A DNA stretch of 64,000 nucleotides from IMG/VR virus record IMGVR_UViG_3300047446_000164, positions 1,868-65,867 of that record; one strand, 5' to 3'. The DNA comes from a virus (taxonomy: Duplodnaviria; Caudoviricetes). The position numbers and the translations under genes were made by a program. This document shows positions 37,057 to 46,230 of this stretch, piece by piece; position 1 is the stretch's first letter; each line of letters begins with the position of its first letter. The notes under the pieces were generated by a model. That model saw only the letters and a list, made by a program, of their open reading frames with translations, had not been told where the DNA came from and made no database searches.

Positions 37057-37803
37057 TCAAAATAAGCCCTCCTGAATTGGCGCGGAAGCACGCCGCCAAA
37101 ACGTCAGCGACTGATGCGATTCGATCCGTTCGCGCATGATCGCGGCACGCGCCTCCTTGGTAGGTGGCGTATAGGTGCCCTTCCAGGCCGAATCGATGCC
37201 AACGTTCTGGCCGATGTTCGTGCTGTCGGCTGAGGCGAACGGAAACCGCGAGAAAACCGCTGGATCAAGCATGCGCAAACCATGGATCTTCGCAGCCGGC
37301 CGGCCGGAGCGGTCGCAGATGACATCCATCGCCTCCGCCATACGAGTCCACCAAGCCGGCGTGCCGATCTTTGCGAACTCGCCGGAGCTGCCGAGGCAAA
37401 TGCGCGGCCACGTTGCGACCAAGCGGTCGAGACGGCCCAACGATTCATGCAAGTGCCAGACTGGCGCGCCAACATGCGGCGCCGACTCGCGCCACGGCCA
37501 TTCCGAAAGAAGCAAGTCGTTTGCCGCCTCATCGCCATCAATGACGTCAGGGATCACGGCGAAATCGAATCCCGGATAGCGGTGGAGCTCAGCCACCCAG
37601 TCGTAATAAGGCTCCCAATCAGTTATTGGATGTCCGCTGCGCCAAGCCGAGAACGCACCGTTGTCCACCGCGAAGGATTGGGCCGCTACCAGCGCGAGGG
37701 TCAATTGGTCAGGATACCGGAACGACACGAAGGCGTGCCCGCTGCTGATGGCGCGCAGCGCTGCTGTCGCGGGCGTGATCGGTAGTCCGTGGTAGTGGAT
37801 CAA
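37057..37803 (-). CDS. TGT/DpdA-like TIM-barrel protein
   Basis: TTG start IHYHG; VDNGAFS, PDVIDG, PVWH, IHGL, SADSTN resemble tRNA-guanine transglycosylase motifs. Confidence 0.6.
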   Translation of the reverse strand: MIHYHGLPITPATAALRAISSGHAFVSFRYPDQLTLALVAAQSFAVDNGAFSAWRSGHPITDWEPYYDWVAELHRYPGFDFAVIPDVIDGDEAANDLLLSEWPWRESAPHVGAPVWHLHESLGRLDRLVATWPRICLGSSGEFAKIGTPAWWTRMAEAMDVICDRSGRPAAKIHGLRMLDPAVFSRFPFASADSTNIGQNVGIDSAWKGTYTPPTKEARAAIMRERIESHQSLTFWRRASAPIQEGLF

Positions 37804-38234
37804 GGCCGTACTCCCAGCGACAGCGCCAGCCGCGCGCGCTTCGCATCCAGGCCAGCCACACGGCAACCGACGTCGGTGGCGTGGAAGTATTGCATCTGGA
37901 GCAGCACGGCGCCGGCGCGCACGAAGCCTGCGGCAACCAGGCGCTCCAGTGACGCGCGGTCTTGGCGGTTGCAGAGGTACTCATTCCGCACGCGAGCCTT
38001 CTGGCCTTCGACCGGCACCATGCGCGCCATGTGCCGCAGGATGTCCAGATCACCCTCATGCAGCGTGGCGACGCGGTCGGCCAGCTGGCAGCCGTGGCAC
38101 TTCTTGTACTGCACCAGCACTTTGGCCGGCGCGGCCTTGCCGCAGGCGCAGCGCTTCGATTCGAGCACCGGGCCCGGCTTTTCGTTGGCGATGGCGCGGT
38201 GCTGGCGCTCAGCGCGGGAGAGGTCGTAAATCAT
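37800..38234 (-). CDS. Hypothetical protein
   Basis: Cys-containing ORF coupled to the downstream gene. Confidence 0.6.
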   Translation of the reverse strand: MIYDLSRAERQHRAIANEKPGPVLESKRCACGKAAPAKVLVQYKKCHGCQLADRVATLHEGDLDILRHMARMVPVEGQKARVRNEYLCNRQDRASLERLVAAGFVRAGAVLLQMQYFHATDVGCRVAGLDAKRARLALSLGVRP

Positions 38235-38267
38235 GATATATTTGTCTTTCTAGCAATGGAGGATCGC

Positions 38268-38570
38268 ATGCGCTTTAATCTTGAAATTGACTGTGGCAAC
38301 TTCAAAATGGCCGATGCTGACAAGTTCGGCCGCTTAGTGAACGTGTCCCTCTGGATGGGAAATCCGGCCGATGCTGTGGAATCTCGGTACAAAATCGCGT
38401 ATCCAAAAGCGTGGCCTCCGGAGATAGATGTGATGAAAATAGAAGATGCAGTTCGCGTAGCTATGGCGCACGCGCTCAACAGGGAGTTCGATCCTTTTCT
38501 GGTTACGCTGATCGTTGAAGAGGAAAGTCCCCGATGGCAAGGGCGACTGATTGGCACAGCGGCGCAATAG
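38268..38570 (+). CDS. Hypothetical counter-strand moron protein
   Basis: GGAGG RBS, lower GC, fills the gap between minus-strand genes. Confidence 0.6.
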   Translation: MRFNLEIDCGNFKMADADKFGRLVNVSLWMGNPADAVESRYKIAYPKAWPPEIDVMKIEDAVRVAMAHALNREFDPFLVTLIVEEESPRWQGRLIGTAAQ

Positions 38571-38574
38571 ACAT

Positions 38575-40905
38575 TCATGCCGCCACCATCCCAATCTCAC
38601 GCTCATGCATGAAGTTCGCCTGAATCAGCGCGCGAGCCATAGGCGGACAGACGCTGTTGCCGCACATGCGGACCTGGGCCGATTTCGTCAGCGGCACGCG
38701 CGGCAATTCCAGGGGGTTGCCCTCGGCCTGGTGGCTATCCTTGAATAGCAGCTTCGGATCCGGAATTTCGCGAATTACGTAGCTCGCCGGAAAGCCCTGC
38801 GCGCGATACAGTTCCGCCGGCTCCAGCATGCGCAGGCCGATGTCGACAATCTGGTAGTCCACCCCTTCGATCGTCACGAGGCCGAAACGATCCTTCGTCG
38901 TGACCGTGTGCAGCGGCTCTTCCAATCGCGGGTCCTGATCGGAGCCGTAATACTTGACGAGGAAGGCGCGTACCTCAGCGTGGTGCTGGCCGCCAGCGCT
39001 AACGGTGTGTAGCGGTTCGTCCATGCCGGCCGTGCTGCTGGTACCGCGCAGCTTGACCAGGCTGCTGGTCATCACAGCGTGCCGGGCGCTGGCCGTGACT
39101 GTCTTGATCGGCTCACGCGCATCCTGGCCGCGAGATTCATCGCCCTTCTGGGAATACATCGCCTCGATGTGAGCGGTCACGATGCCCAAGGCATGCGGCG
39201 CGCCGGCCGGGTTTTCCTTCGGCCCGGCCGTGATCGTCGGCACTGGATCGTTCATATCGCTGCCGGTCGCGCCGGTGCGGAACTTGGTGATGTGCGCGGT
39301 CACAAGGGCTTGATTACCTGTCGACGTGATTGTCGGTACCGGCGTGCCGACCTGCGCCCCGGTGTGCCCTGAAGTGTTGGTCATCACGAACGGTGCCAAT
39401 TCTGCGGTGACGACTGCGGTGTCGCCCTTGGCGGTGATAGTGGCCGCCGGCTCATCGGCGCCACGCGGGCGGCTGTCGCCGGCACGGCCGCCAACACCCA
39501 CCAACGTCGCCGAGACGGCGCTGAAGTGACCACCCTTGACCTGGGCGCAGATGGTCCGCAGCGGCTCGTCGGCCGGCATCGTGCGCTGGTTGCTGGAATT
39601 GGCGTGCTCGTTCAGGAACGCGGTCACCAATGCCGCCTTGGTTGCGCCGGCCACCACCGTGCCCAGCGGCTTCTCGATATCCAGCGCGCGCGGCGTCTGG
39701 CCATCGCGCTCACCGTAGCCGGTCTGCACCATGGTGGCGACGGCCAGCGCCTTCTCGCCGCGCTGCGCGCTGGTGATCGTGCGGAACGGCTCGTGCACGG
39801 ATTCGCTGCGGTCGCCGCCCTGGTGCGTCACCGGCACAATGCTGGGCAGGACAATGGCGCGGTGGTTCTCCGTCGTCAGCGTGCCGAACGGCTGGTCAGC
39901 CGGCACCGGCTTGCCCGAGTAGATCGGGCCGCCCTGCCCGATGATGAACGGCGTTTCCGCGTCCACCACGTAGCGCTGGATGCCCTTCGCGATGCGGCGC
40001 AGCGTCGCGTCGGCCAGCGGGCGCTTGCGCTCGAAGATCGAAGGGCATGGAATGGACCAATCGATGCATTCGGCGGCCGTGCGCCACGGCGCCAGGTTCC
40101 CGGCCAGCACGCCGGCGGACGTCGGCGCGCCGTTGGTAGGCGCCGGCCAGCGGATCGGCAGGCCGTCGCGGCGCGCCACGAGAAAGAAGCGCTTCCGGAT
40201 GGTCGGAGTATCAAAGTCGCTGGCGCGCAACTCCTTGTGGTCGACCGTATAGCCGAGGGCGCGCAACTGGCGCAGGAAGCTCTCGAAAGTCTTACCCTTC
40301 TTCGCTGGATCAGGCATCCAGACCTTGATGGTCTCAACGTTGCCATCATGATCGACAGGTACTTCCTTCTCAACCTCAATCAGTGGCCCCCAGGTTTTGA
40401 ACTCTTCGACGTTTTCCAGCATGATCACGCGCGGCTTGCACTTCGCCGCCCAGCGTAACGTCACCCAGGCCAGGCCGCGAATGTTCTTCGCCACCGGCGT
40501 GCCGCCCTTCGCCTTGCTAAAGTGTTTGCAGTCCGGCGACAGCCAGACTAGGCCCACCGGCTGGTTGTTCGTCACCTTAATCGGGTCCACGTCCCAAACG
40601 CTCTCGCACAGGTGCTTCGTATGTGGGTGGTTCATGGCGTGCAGCGCCAAGGCCTCTGGATCATGGTTGATGGCGATATCGACCGGGCGGCCGAACACTT
40701 CTTCAAGGCCAGTGCTGGTGCCGCCACCGCCGGCGAAGTTGTCGATGATCAGTTCATGGCCAAGGTCCAGCTGCGGCGTCAGGACGTCACGCTTCACGTG
40801 GCGCGGCGTGTGGCGCACGGTCGGCCGGGACGCCGGCACCGGTGTTGCCATCATGGCGGAGACGTCTTCCAGCGGAAGATCGAAGTTGAAGTTGTCGCGC
40901 CTCAT
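38575..40905 (-). CDS. C5 cytosine DNA methyltransferase with repeat-expanded variable region
   Basis: DNFAGGGG (I), SPDCKHFS (IV), ENVEEF (VI), RKRFF (VIII), AQGFP (IX), GNSV (X). Confidence 0.93.
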   Translation of the reverse strand: MRRDNFNFDLPLEDVSAMMATPVPASRPTVRHTPRHVKRDVLTPQLDLGHELIIDNFAGGGGTSTGLEEVFGRPVDIAINHDPEALALHAMNHPHTKHLCESVWDVDPIKVTNNQPVGLVWLSPDCKHFSKAKGGTPVAKNIRGLAWVTLRWAAKCKPRVIMLENVEEFKTWGPLIEVEKEVPVDHDGNVETIKVWMPDPAKKGKTFESFLRQLRALGYTVDHKELRASDFDTPTIRKRFFLVARRDGLPIRWPAPTNGAPTSAGVLAGNLAPWRTAAECIDWSIPCPSIFERKRPLADATLRRIAKGIQRYVVDAETPFIIGQGGPIYSGKPVPADQPFGTLTTENHRAIVLPSIVPVTHQGGDRSESVHEPFRTITSAQRGEKALAVATMVQTGYGERDGQTPRALDIEKPLGTVVAGATKAALVTAFLNEHANSSNQRTMPADEPLRTICAQVKGGHFSAVSATLVGVGGRAGDSRPRGADEPAATITAKGDTAVVTAELAPFVMTNTSGHTGAQVGTPVPTITSTGNQALVTAHITKFRTGATGSDMNDPVPTITAGPKENPAGAPHALGIVTAHIEAMYSQKGDESRGQDAREPIKTVTASARHAVMTSSLVKLRGTSSTAGMDEPLHTVSAGGQHHAEVRAFLVKYYGSDQDPRLEEPLHTVTTKDRFGLVTIEGVDYQIVDIGLRMLEPAELYRAQGFPASYVIREIPDPKLLFKDSHQAEGNPLELPRVPLTKSAQVRMCGNSVCPPMARALIQANFMHEREIGMVAA

Positions 40906-40937
40906 GATACGATCCTCCCTTTTTGGAGAAGCGAACG

Positions 40938-41156
40938 ATGAGCAGCACACATACCGAAATCATTAATGTCGGAGACTGGGAGATGACAGTCCGCATAGCC
41001 CAGCTTGCACCAGACAGCCTGTACACTATGCATATCGCGCAGATTCGCAACAGTCAGCGCAGCCTGCCGGATTGGACCGATCACGACAACAGCTACCGCA
41101 CTCCTGATGAGGCTCGTGCAGCGGCACTCAAATGGGCAGAGAAGCAATTTAAGTAG
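40938..41156 (+). CDS. Small hypothetical protein (paralog B1)
   Basis: GGAG RBS; similar to 41285. Confidence 0.6.
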   Translation: MSSTHTEIINVGDWEMTVRIAQLAPDSLYTMHIAQIRNSQRSLPDWTDHDNSYRTPDEARAAALKWAEKQFK

Positions 41157-41284
41157 ATTACTCATACCCGCGCTCCCGCAGCGCGGCGCGCAATGGTGAC
41201 TGGCATCGGATGCGGCGTACTGCAACCCGGCAAGTCTATGTAACCTTCCCGTGCTAAGCTTCCATCTTCTCCATGGGCCGATGC

Positions 41285-41512
41285 ATGCATACAATTGACG
41301 AGTTTGTACAGATAGGCGCGTGGCGAATGAGAATCGAGGTTAAGCCGATCGTTGATCAGAGCAACAAATTCGCTTACTGCGTTTCGTCGATCACGAACAC
41401 TGAAGATCCGAGGAAAAAGCCGCAAGACGGCGGTTCCACCAGCAGTTCGTACAGTTCGGCCAATGCGGCGTACGCTGCCGCGTATTTTTGGGCAACCGAA
41501 AAATGCAAATAA
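41285..41512 (+). CDS. Small hypothetical protein (paralog B2)
   Basis: Shares G.W.M...SY....A.AAA..WA with B1. Confidence 0.55.
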   Translation: MHTIDEFVQIGAWRMRIEVKPIVDQSNKFAYCVSSITNTEDPRKKPQDGGSTSSSYSSANAAYAAAYFWATEKCK

Positions 41513-41523
41513 AGGCAACTTCC

Positions 41524-41730
41524 TCATGGATGGCCAGCCTCCCCGTCGGTCAGGTCAACCGTCATGCGCAGCTTGCGGCGCGCGCGGTACTCTGCAGCGC
41601 CGGTGGTGGCGCTCTTCTCTGCGATGTGTTCACGGTCTTTTTCGCGCCATTCCCGGGCCGCGAGCGTGACTTTCTCCTCCGGCGTGCCAGTCTGTGCTGG
41701 CGCCGGTCCTTGCTGTAAAATAGTGGGCAT
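41524..41730 (-). CDS. Hypothetical protein
   Basis: GAGG RBS, MPTILQQG start. Confidence 0.55.
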   Translation of the reverse strand: MPTILQQGPAPAQTGTPEEKVTLAAREWREKDREHIAEKSATTGAAEYRARRKLRMTVDLTDGEAGHP

Positions 41731-41925
41731 GTAATTCCTCTGGTGGGTGATCGGGTCGCGCTGCAACGCGGCCTTTTTATTTCCGCTGCTCGTTTTCCAA
41801 TTCGCGCAGCAGGCGTTCGTAGTGTTCACGCTGTTTGTGCTTCTCGCGTGTCATGGCGTGCGCCGGTTCTACATCCATCGGCCGCGCTTCCTCAGCGGCC
41901 TGCTGCTGGTGCTGCTGCGTCATCG

Positions 41926-42180
41926 TTACGCGCCCTCGCCGGCCAGCAACTGGCGGATCGACTGCACGGTGAAGTTGTACTTCTCGTGCGCCTTGAGGAT
42001 CATGCTGTCGCCGAACGGCAGCTTGTCGTGGCGAATCTTGCTGATCACCGGCGGCGCCACCTCGAACGCGCGCGCCAGAGCGGCGTCGTTCTTCAGGCAG
42101 AGTTTCTCGATAAAGTGGTCGAGCAGCGCCGCGCCGGCGCCAGGTTGAATTTGCGATGCTTGAGGCATGCGGTTCTCCAT
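41926..42180 (-). CDS. HTH protein
   Basis: LKNDAALARAFEVAPPVISKIRH. Confidence 0.7.
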   Translation of the reverse strand: MENRMPQASQIQPGAGAALLDHFIEKLCLKNDAALARAFEVAPPVISKIRHDKLPFGDSMILKAHEKYNFTVQSIRQLLAGEGA

Positions 42181-42218
42181 CTTCTTCGCCGCGCACAACG
42201 GGGCGCGGCATCCCGAAT

Positions 42219-42929
42219 TTAGTGGTGGTGCGCTTGGCTTGCCAGCTGGTGCTTGGCGAATTCGCCAGCGACCCAGTGCAGGCCCTTGGTGGTGAAACGC
42301 ATGCTGTTGAAGGCGTGCTCATTCTTCGCCGATACGCCAGCTTTCACTTCGAAGCGACCCGCGTTGAGGTGCTCGGCGCGCGGAGCCAGCTCACGGCCAA
42401 GCCGATATGCAATCTCCTTGGTCAGCAAGAATTCACGGAACACGTTTTCTTTGATCTTCAGCACCTTGCAGGCCTGGCGGAAGCCCAGCAGGCCCGACGC
42501 GTCAACGTAGCGCTCGACGAATTCGACGGCCGGCGCGGCGGCGGCCAGCTCTACCTGCAACGCCTGCTTGGCCTCGACTTCATCAGCCCAGGCGCGTGCG
42601 GCGGCCGCTGGGTTGGTGAAGTCCGGCAAAGCAATCGCAGGGGCCGCTGCTGTTGGTTCCAGCTCTTGCCAGCGGTCTACCAGGCGCGCCGTGAACTCAG
42701 GTGACAACTGTGCGACGATCACGTAGGTGTCGCGTTTAGCGATCTCGTACACAGTGATCGCTTTGGGGCCGGCACCGTGATTTGATACTTCCGCCAGTGG
42801 CGGGAGTGTGATGACACCACGCTGCGCGAGCCGCTCGATGCTGCGCTTGACGTCGTCGTGCCGCGATTCGACCAGTTCGGCGATATCGCGGCTGTTCATG
42901 GTGGTGATGCTGGTGCTGATCAAATTCAC
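42219..42929 (-). CDS. Rha-like/ANT(KilAC) antirepressor
   Basis: MNSRDIAELVESRHDDVKRSIE; ARAWADE; FTTKGLHW. Confidence 0.88.
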   Translation of the reverse strand: MNLISTSITTMNSRDIAELVESRHDDVKRSIERLAQRGVITLPPLAEVSNHGAGPKAITVYEIAKRDTYVIVAQLSPEFTARLVDRWQELEPTAAAPAIALPDFTNPAAAARAWADEVEAKQALQVELAAAAPAVEFVERYVDASGLLGFRQACKVLKIKENVFREFLLTKEIAYRLGRELAPRAEHLNAGRFEVKAGVSAKNEHAFNSMRFTTKGLHWVAGEFAKHQLASQAHHH

Positions 42930-42976
42930 GGTGGCTCCTTTGCGTTGGTGGCGTAGGCGACTGGCTGGCCGAGGAT

Positions 42977-43246
42977 TCACATGCGCATGTGGTGGCGCGG
43001 CTGCGCATAGTTCGCGCGGCCCGGCAGCAACATGGCCATGTTCTGGCCAGCTTTAGGCCATTCCTGTTGCGCCCGGCGCTGCTTATCATTACGAAAACGC
43101 GCTGACCAGTCGTTCGCCAGTTGGCGCAGCGTCCGACTCTGCGACTCGCCGGCGTCGGTGCAGGCCTGGCTAAAGTCGCGGTACTCATCCTCGTTAAACA
43201 ATGCTTTCGCAACGAGGACGCGGGGTTTCGGCATCTTGGTTTTCAT
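42977..43246 (-). CDS. Small DNA-binding protein (RHH-like, CII position)
   Basis: Beta-strand plus two-helix pattern downstream of cro. Confidence 0.5.
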   Translation of the reverse strand: MKTKMPKPRVLVAKALFNEDEYRDFSQACTDAGESQSRTLRQLANDWSARFRNDKQRRAQQEWPKAGQNMAMLLPGRANYAQPRHHMRM

Positions 43247-43325
43247 GGTGGTTTCCTATAAAAGTGATTCAGGCTTTCAGGTGATGCGGATGATTCTGGT
43301 AGTGCGATTCGTTGGGCTGGCGCCG

Positions 43326-43640
43326 TCAGCCAGGCAGGCCGGATGCGGCAGCGCCAGTGGCGGGCGCGGTGCGCAGCGCGGCGTGATCGCCCTGCTTCGC
43401 CAACACTTCCAGCAGCGTGGTCTGCTTGCGCAGTTCGGCGAGGATCAACGCGGGCGTTTCGTCAGCGACCAACTCGACGCCTGTCACCTCGGCAACCACC
43501 GGCGCCGAGCCGCGCACAGCGTCGGCGAAGGCCAGCAGCACGGTCGCGGCAGCGCCAGCGACGACAGCAGGATCAGCGTTATCGGTGTCCAGGTTGAACA
43601 CGGCCAGCAGCGCGGCGGTGAGGTTTTGGTGGTTGCTCAT
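43326..43640 (-). CDS. Hypothetical protein
   Basis: GAAAGG RBS, MSNHQNL start. Confidence 0.55.
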   Translation of the reverse strand: MSNHQNLTAALLAVFNLDTDNADPAVVAGAAATVLLAFADAVRGSAPVVAEVTGVELVADETPALILAELRKQTTLLEVLAKQGDHAALRTAPATGAAASGLPG

Positions 43641-43724
43641 GACTACCTTTCTAAATATTCGGGCGGGAGATTCCAATGCGTTACAGTTGCAGTTCTCACA
43701 CAACAACTTGCAAAAGGATCTCCC

Positions 43725-43985
43725 ATGGAACAGGACTCCGACTTCGATATCGAGGCCTATTGCGAAAAAACTCTCGCAATGGAATTCGTGCTGCAAGGAA
43801 TTTGCTCCGCGCTCCCGAAGGAGCAAGCAGACAAAGTCCTAATTCATCTCGCTCGACTCCAGGAGCACTTCGCCGACCCCGCAAGCGAGAAAGATGGAAC
43901 ACGGGACGCATGGAAGCGCGTAATGGTGCGCATCAATCCGTTTGTCGAGATTCTGTCTGGCCTGCCGCCGCGCTCGCTTCATTGA
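43725..43985 (+). CDS. Hypothetical counter-strand protein
   Basis: AAGGA RBS, MEQDSDF start. Confidence 0.55.
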   Translation: MEQDSDFDIEAYCEKTLAMEFVLQGICSALPKEQADKVLIHLARLQEHFADPASEKDGTRDAWKRVMVRINPFVEILSGLPPRSLH

Positions 43986-44319
43986 GGACACGGATGCCAC
44001 TTGCGCCACTTTGCTCGCCCAACTGATTGAGGGCTGCAGTGCGACTTGGCGATTCAGATCCTGAGCCGATGGGGCTGCAAACACCTCCCGAGCCGGTACG
44101 CGCCTGGCAGCACTGCATCGCCTCCTGGATGTTCCAGAGCTTCGCCAGTGCTGCTTCGGCTGCCAGCGCCGCTGGCGTCACCTGCTCCAGCAGTGCCAAG
44201 GTCTCGCGCACCTGGCTGCTGTCGACTTCGATCTTCAGCGGGATGCTGGTGGCTGCTACTTGTGTGGCGGCCGGCACGTAGCCGAGGCGCGCCATCAGGC
44301 GGTTGATGTAGCGCTTCAT
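43933..44319 (-). CDS. Hypothetical protein
   Basis: Coupled to the cro stop. Confidence 0.55.
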   Translation of the reverse strand: MKRYINRLMARLGYVPAATQVAATSIPLKIEVDSSQVRETLALLEQVTPAALAAEAALAKLWNIQEAMQCCQARTGSGGVCSPIGSGSESPSRTAALNQLGEQSGASGIRVLNEASAAAGQTESRQTD

Positions 44320-44594
44320 GCGGTTTCTCCGGTGGTATTGACCTGGGTCACTGCGGCGCTAAGGGCGCCATCGTTTAATGATTGCGGAACTGGCTCCGGC
44401 TTTCCGTATATGTCGTCGAAGCTCAATTCATGCCCGCACTGCCCAGCAAAAGTGATTAGGCGCTTGGCGACCTCAGGGGGAACGCTCTGCCCGCGCTCGT
44501 AGTGCGAGATGTTGCCTTGGCTGACATTAATCCCGTCCGCTAAGACCTGTTGGGTTACGCCGAGCTTGGCCCGGATATGCGATATCGAGTTCAT
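44316..44594 (-). CDS. cro: Cro-like repressor
   Basis: HTH TQQVLADGINVSQGNISHYERG; divergent from cI. Confidence 0.85.
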   Translation of the reverse strand: MNSISHIRAKLGVTQQVLADGINVSQGNISHYERGQSVPPEVAKRLITFAGQCGHELSFDDIYGKPEPVPQSLNDGALSAAVTQVNTTGETA

Positions 44595-44601
44595 GGAACA
44601 A

Positions 44602-44671
44602 ATATTAGTCGGACTGCTAGATAATGTCAACAGTCTGACTAATTGAAATTTATTAGGCTTACTTATATTCT
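44602..44671. promoter_or_regulatory. oR region: pR, pRM and AGTC-N-GACT operators
   Basis: pR TTGACA-17-TAATAT (minus); pRM TTGAAA-17-TATTCT (plus); operators AGTCGGACT at 44607 and AGTCTGACT at 44632. Confidence 0.85.
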
Positions 44672-44677
44672 CCTCGA

Positions 44678-45415
44678 ATGCCCGCACAACCCTTATCTCC
44701 CGGCCAGTTGGCCGAAGCCGCCAAGCTCAAAGACCTTTTCAAGGAATGGCAGCGCGCGCGTAAAGAATCCGGATTGCCTTCTTCTCAGGAAGCAGCAGCA
44801 GATCTGCTGGGGTTTGGACAAAGCGCCCTGGCGCAGTATTTGAATGGTCGCATCCCACTCAACGTGGATGCGAGTGCGAAATTCGCTGGTTTGCTCGGCG
44901 TGAGCATAGGCGACTTCAGTAAATCCATATCGGACCAAGCGCTTCGCGTCGCAGGGGCCGTCGCGATTACGGACGACGATGATGACGCCCCGCCCTCGAT
45001 TGCGATCCAGATGGTAACGATTGAGGTGCAGGCAGGCATTGACCGATTTGTGGCCGAACCGATTGATGATGGCGGTAGTAAGCACCATGTGCCACGTCAA
45101 TGGCTGGAGGAAAATGATTTTTACCCGGGCGCACTCGTCGCGGTGAAAATTAAGGGTGACAGCATGCAACCCTTGATGTACGAAGGCGACATTGCGGTCG
45201 TGAACACGGCCGATAAAGCGCGCAAGAGCGGTGGGGTCTTTGCTATGAATTACGAGGGCCAAGCCGTCATCAAGCGCCTACTGTACGAGCGCCGCGATTG
45301 GTATCTCGCGTCGGACAATCCCGAGTTTAAGCCAGTCCCCTGCCGTGGTGCTGATTGCATCGTTATCGGCCGTGTGGTTCACTTCACCCCGAAAAATTTC
45401 AGAGACCGGCTATGA
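44678..45415 (+). CDS. cI: CI-like repressor (HTH + S24 peptidase)
   Basis: SQEAAADLLGFGQSALAQYLNG; QAG cleavage site; GDSM; IKRL. Confidence 0.95.
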   Translation: MPAQPLSPGQLAEAAKLKDLFKEWQRARKESGLPSSQEAAADLLGFGQSALAQYLNGRIPLNVDASAKFAGLLGVSIGDFSKSISDQALRVAGAVAITDDDDDAPPSIAIQMVTIEVQAGIDRFVAEPIDDGGSKHHVPRQWLEENDFYPGALVAVKIKGDSMQPLMYEGDIAVVNTADKARKSGGVFAMNYEGQAVIKRLLYERRDWYLASDNPEFKPVPCRGADCIVIGRVVHFTPKNFRDRL

Positions 45416-45732
45416 GAAAGCTTATCGGAGCAACGGCAGCGATACTTCTAACCACTTCGACACATGCAGCCGAGTGCAACAAGTTGGCGGCGCTCAAAGT
45501 TCAGTCAATGATGGCTGAATTCGCAAAAAGTCATGTGGAAGGTGATCACCTCGCCGTATATTGGACCTTCAAGATCGAGAAGGAGCCGGACGCGAAGCGG
45601 TTAAACATGGTGACCACGTTCGCCGACATGGATGCATGCTTGACAGGCGGCGCACGCGAAATCATGTTCTATCGCAAGGAAAAGCTGATGGGTATAGCAT
45701 CCGCCACCTCCGGTATTAGGCTGGTGAAGTAA
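45412..45732 (+). CDS. Exported hypothetical protein
   Basis: Signal peptide MRKLIGATAAILLTTSTHA; coupled to cI. Confidence 0.7.
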   Translation: MRKLIGATAAILLTTSTHAAECNKLAALKVQSMMAEFAKSHVEGDHLAVYWTFKIEKEPDAKRLNMVTTFADMDACLTGGAREIMFYRKEKLMGIASATSGIRLVK

Positions 45733-45735
45733 GGC

Positions 45736-46110
45736 ATGGCACTTATTCCTTGCCCCACCTGTGAACGCGAAGTTTCCCAAATGGCCGAAGCGTGTCCCGG
45801 CTGCGGTCACCCTATCGCAGCCCATCCCGTGACTGCGCCGACGGCACCTCTGGTCGAATCGGGCGCAACCCCAACTTGGTTGGTGGTCATAGGCGTAATC
45901 GCCGGAATTCTGGGCGCCCTACTTTTCATCGGCTACCTTATTGGAAGCACGCCGGAAGCCAAGGAGCAGGCAACCGACCGCAGGGCGATCGAGCTTTGCA
46001 AAGATGATTTGAGAAAGCAATCACTGGGGTCTGGAACAGAATCGTTTGTGCGTAACACGTGCGAGATGATGGCGAACAAGTTCGAGCAGAAGTATGGAAG
46101 TCGACCTTAG
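45736..46110 (+). CDS. Zinc-ribbon membrane protein
   Basis: CPTC...CPGCG plus a TM helix. Confidence 0.75.
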   Translation: MALIPCPTCEREVSQMAEACPGCGHPIAAHPVTAPTAPLVESGATPTWLVVIGVIAGILGALLFIGYLIGSTPEAKEQATDRRAIELCKDDLRKQSLGSGTESFVRNTCEMMANKFEQKYGSRP

Positions 46111-46230
46111 TGCAAAGCCATATGCTTCGGAGATCACTGGAAGGCTATTTGCAAAGAATAATCCCGCGCACCATCCGATGCGGGGTGCGCCATGCGGCCG
46201 GATTTTATAATCAATATCGACAGGACCATT

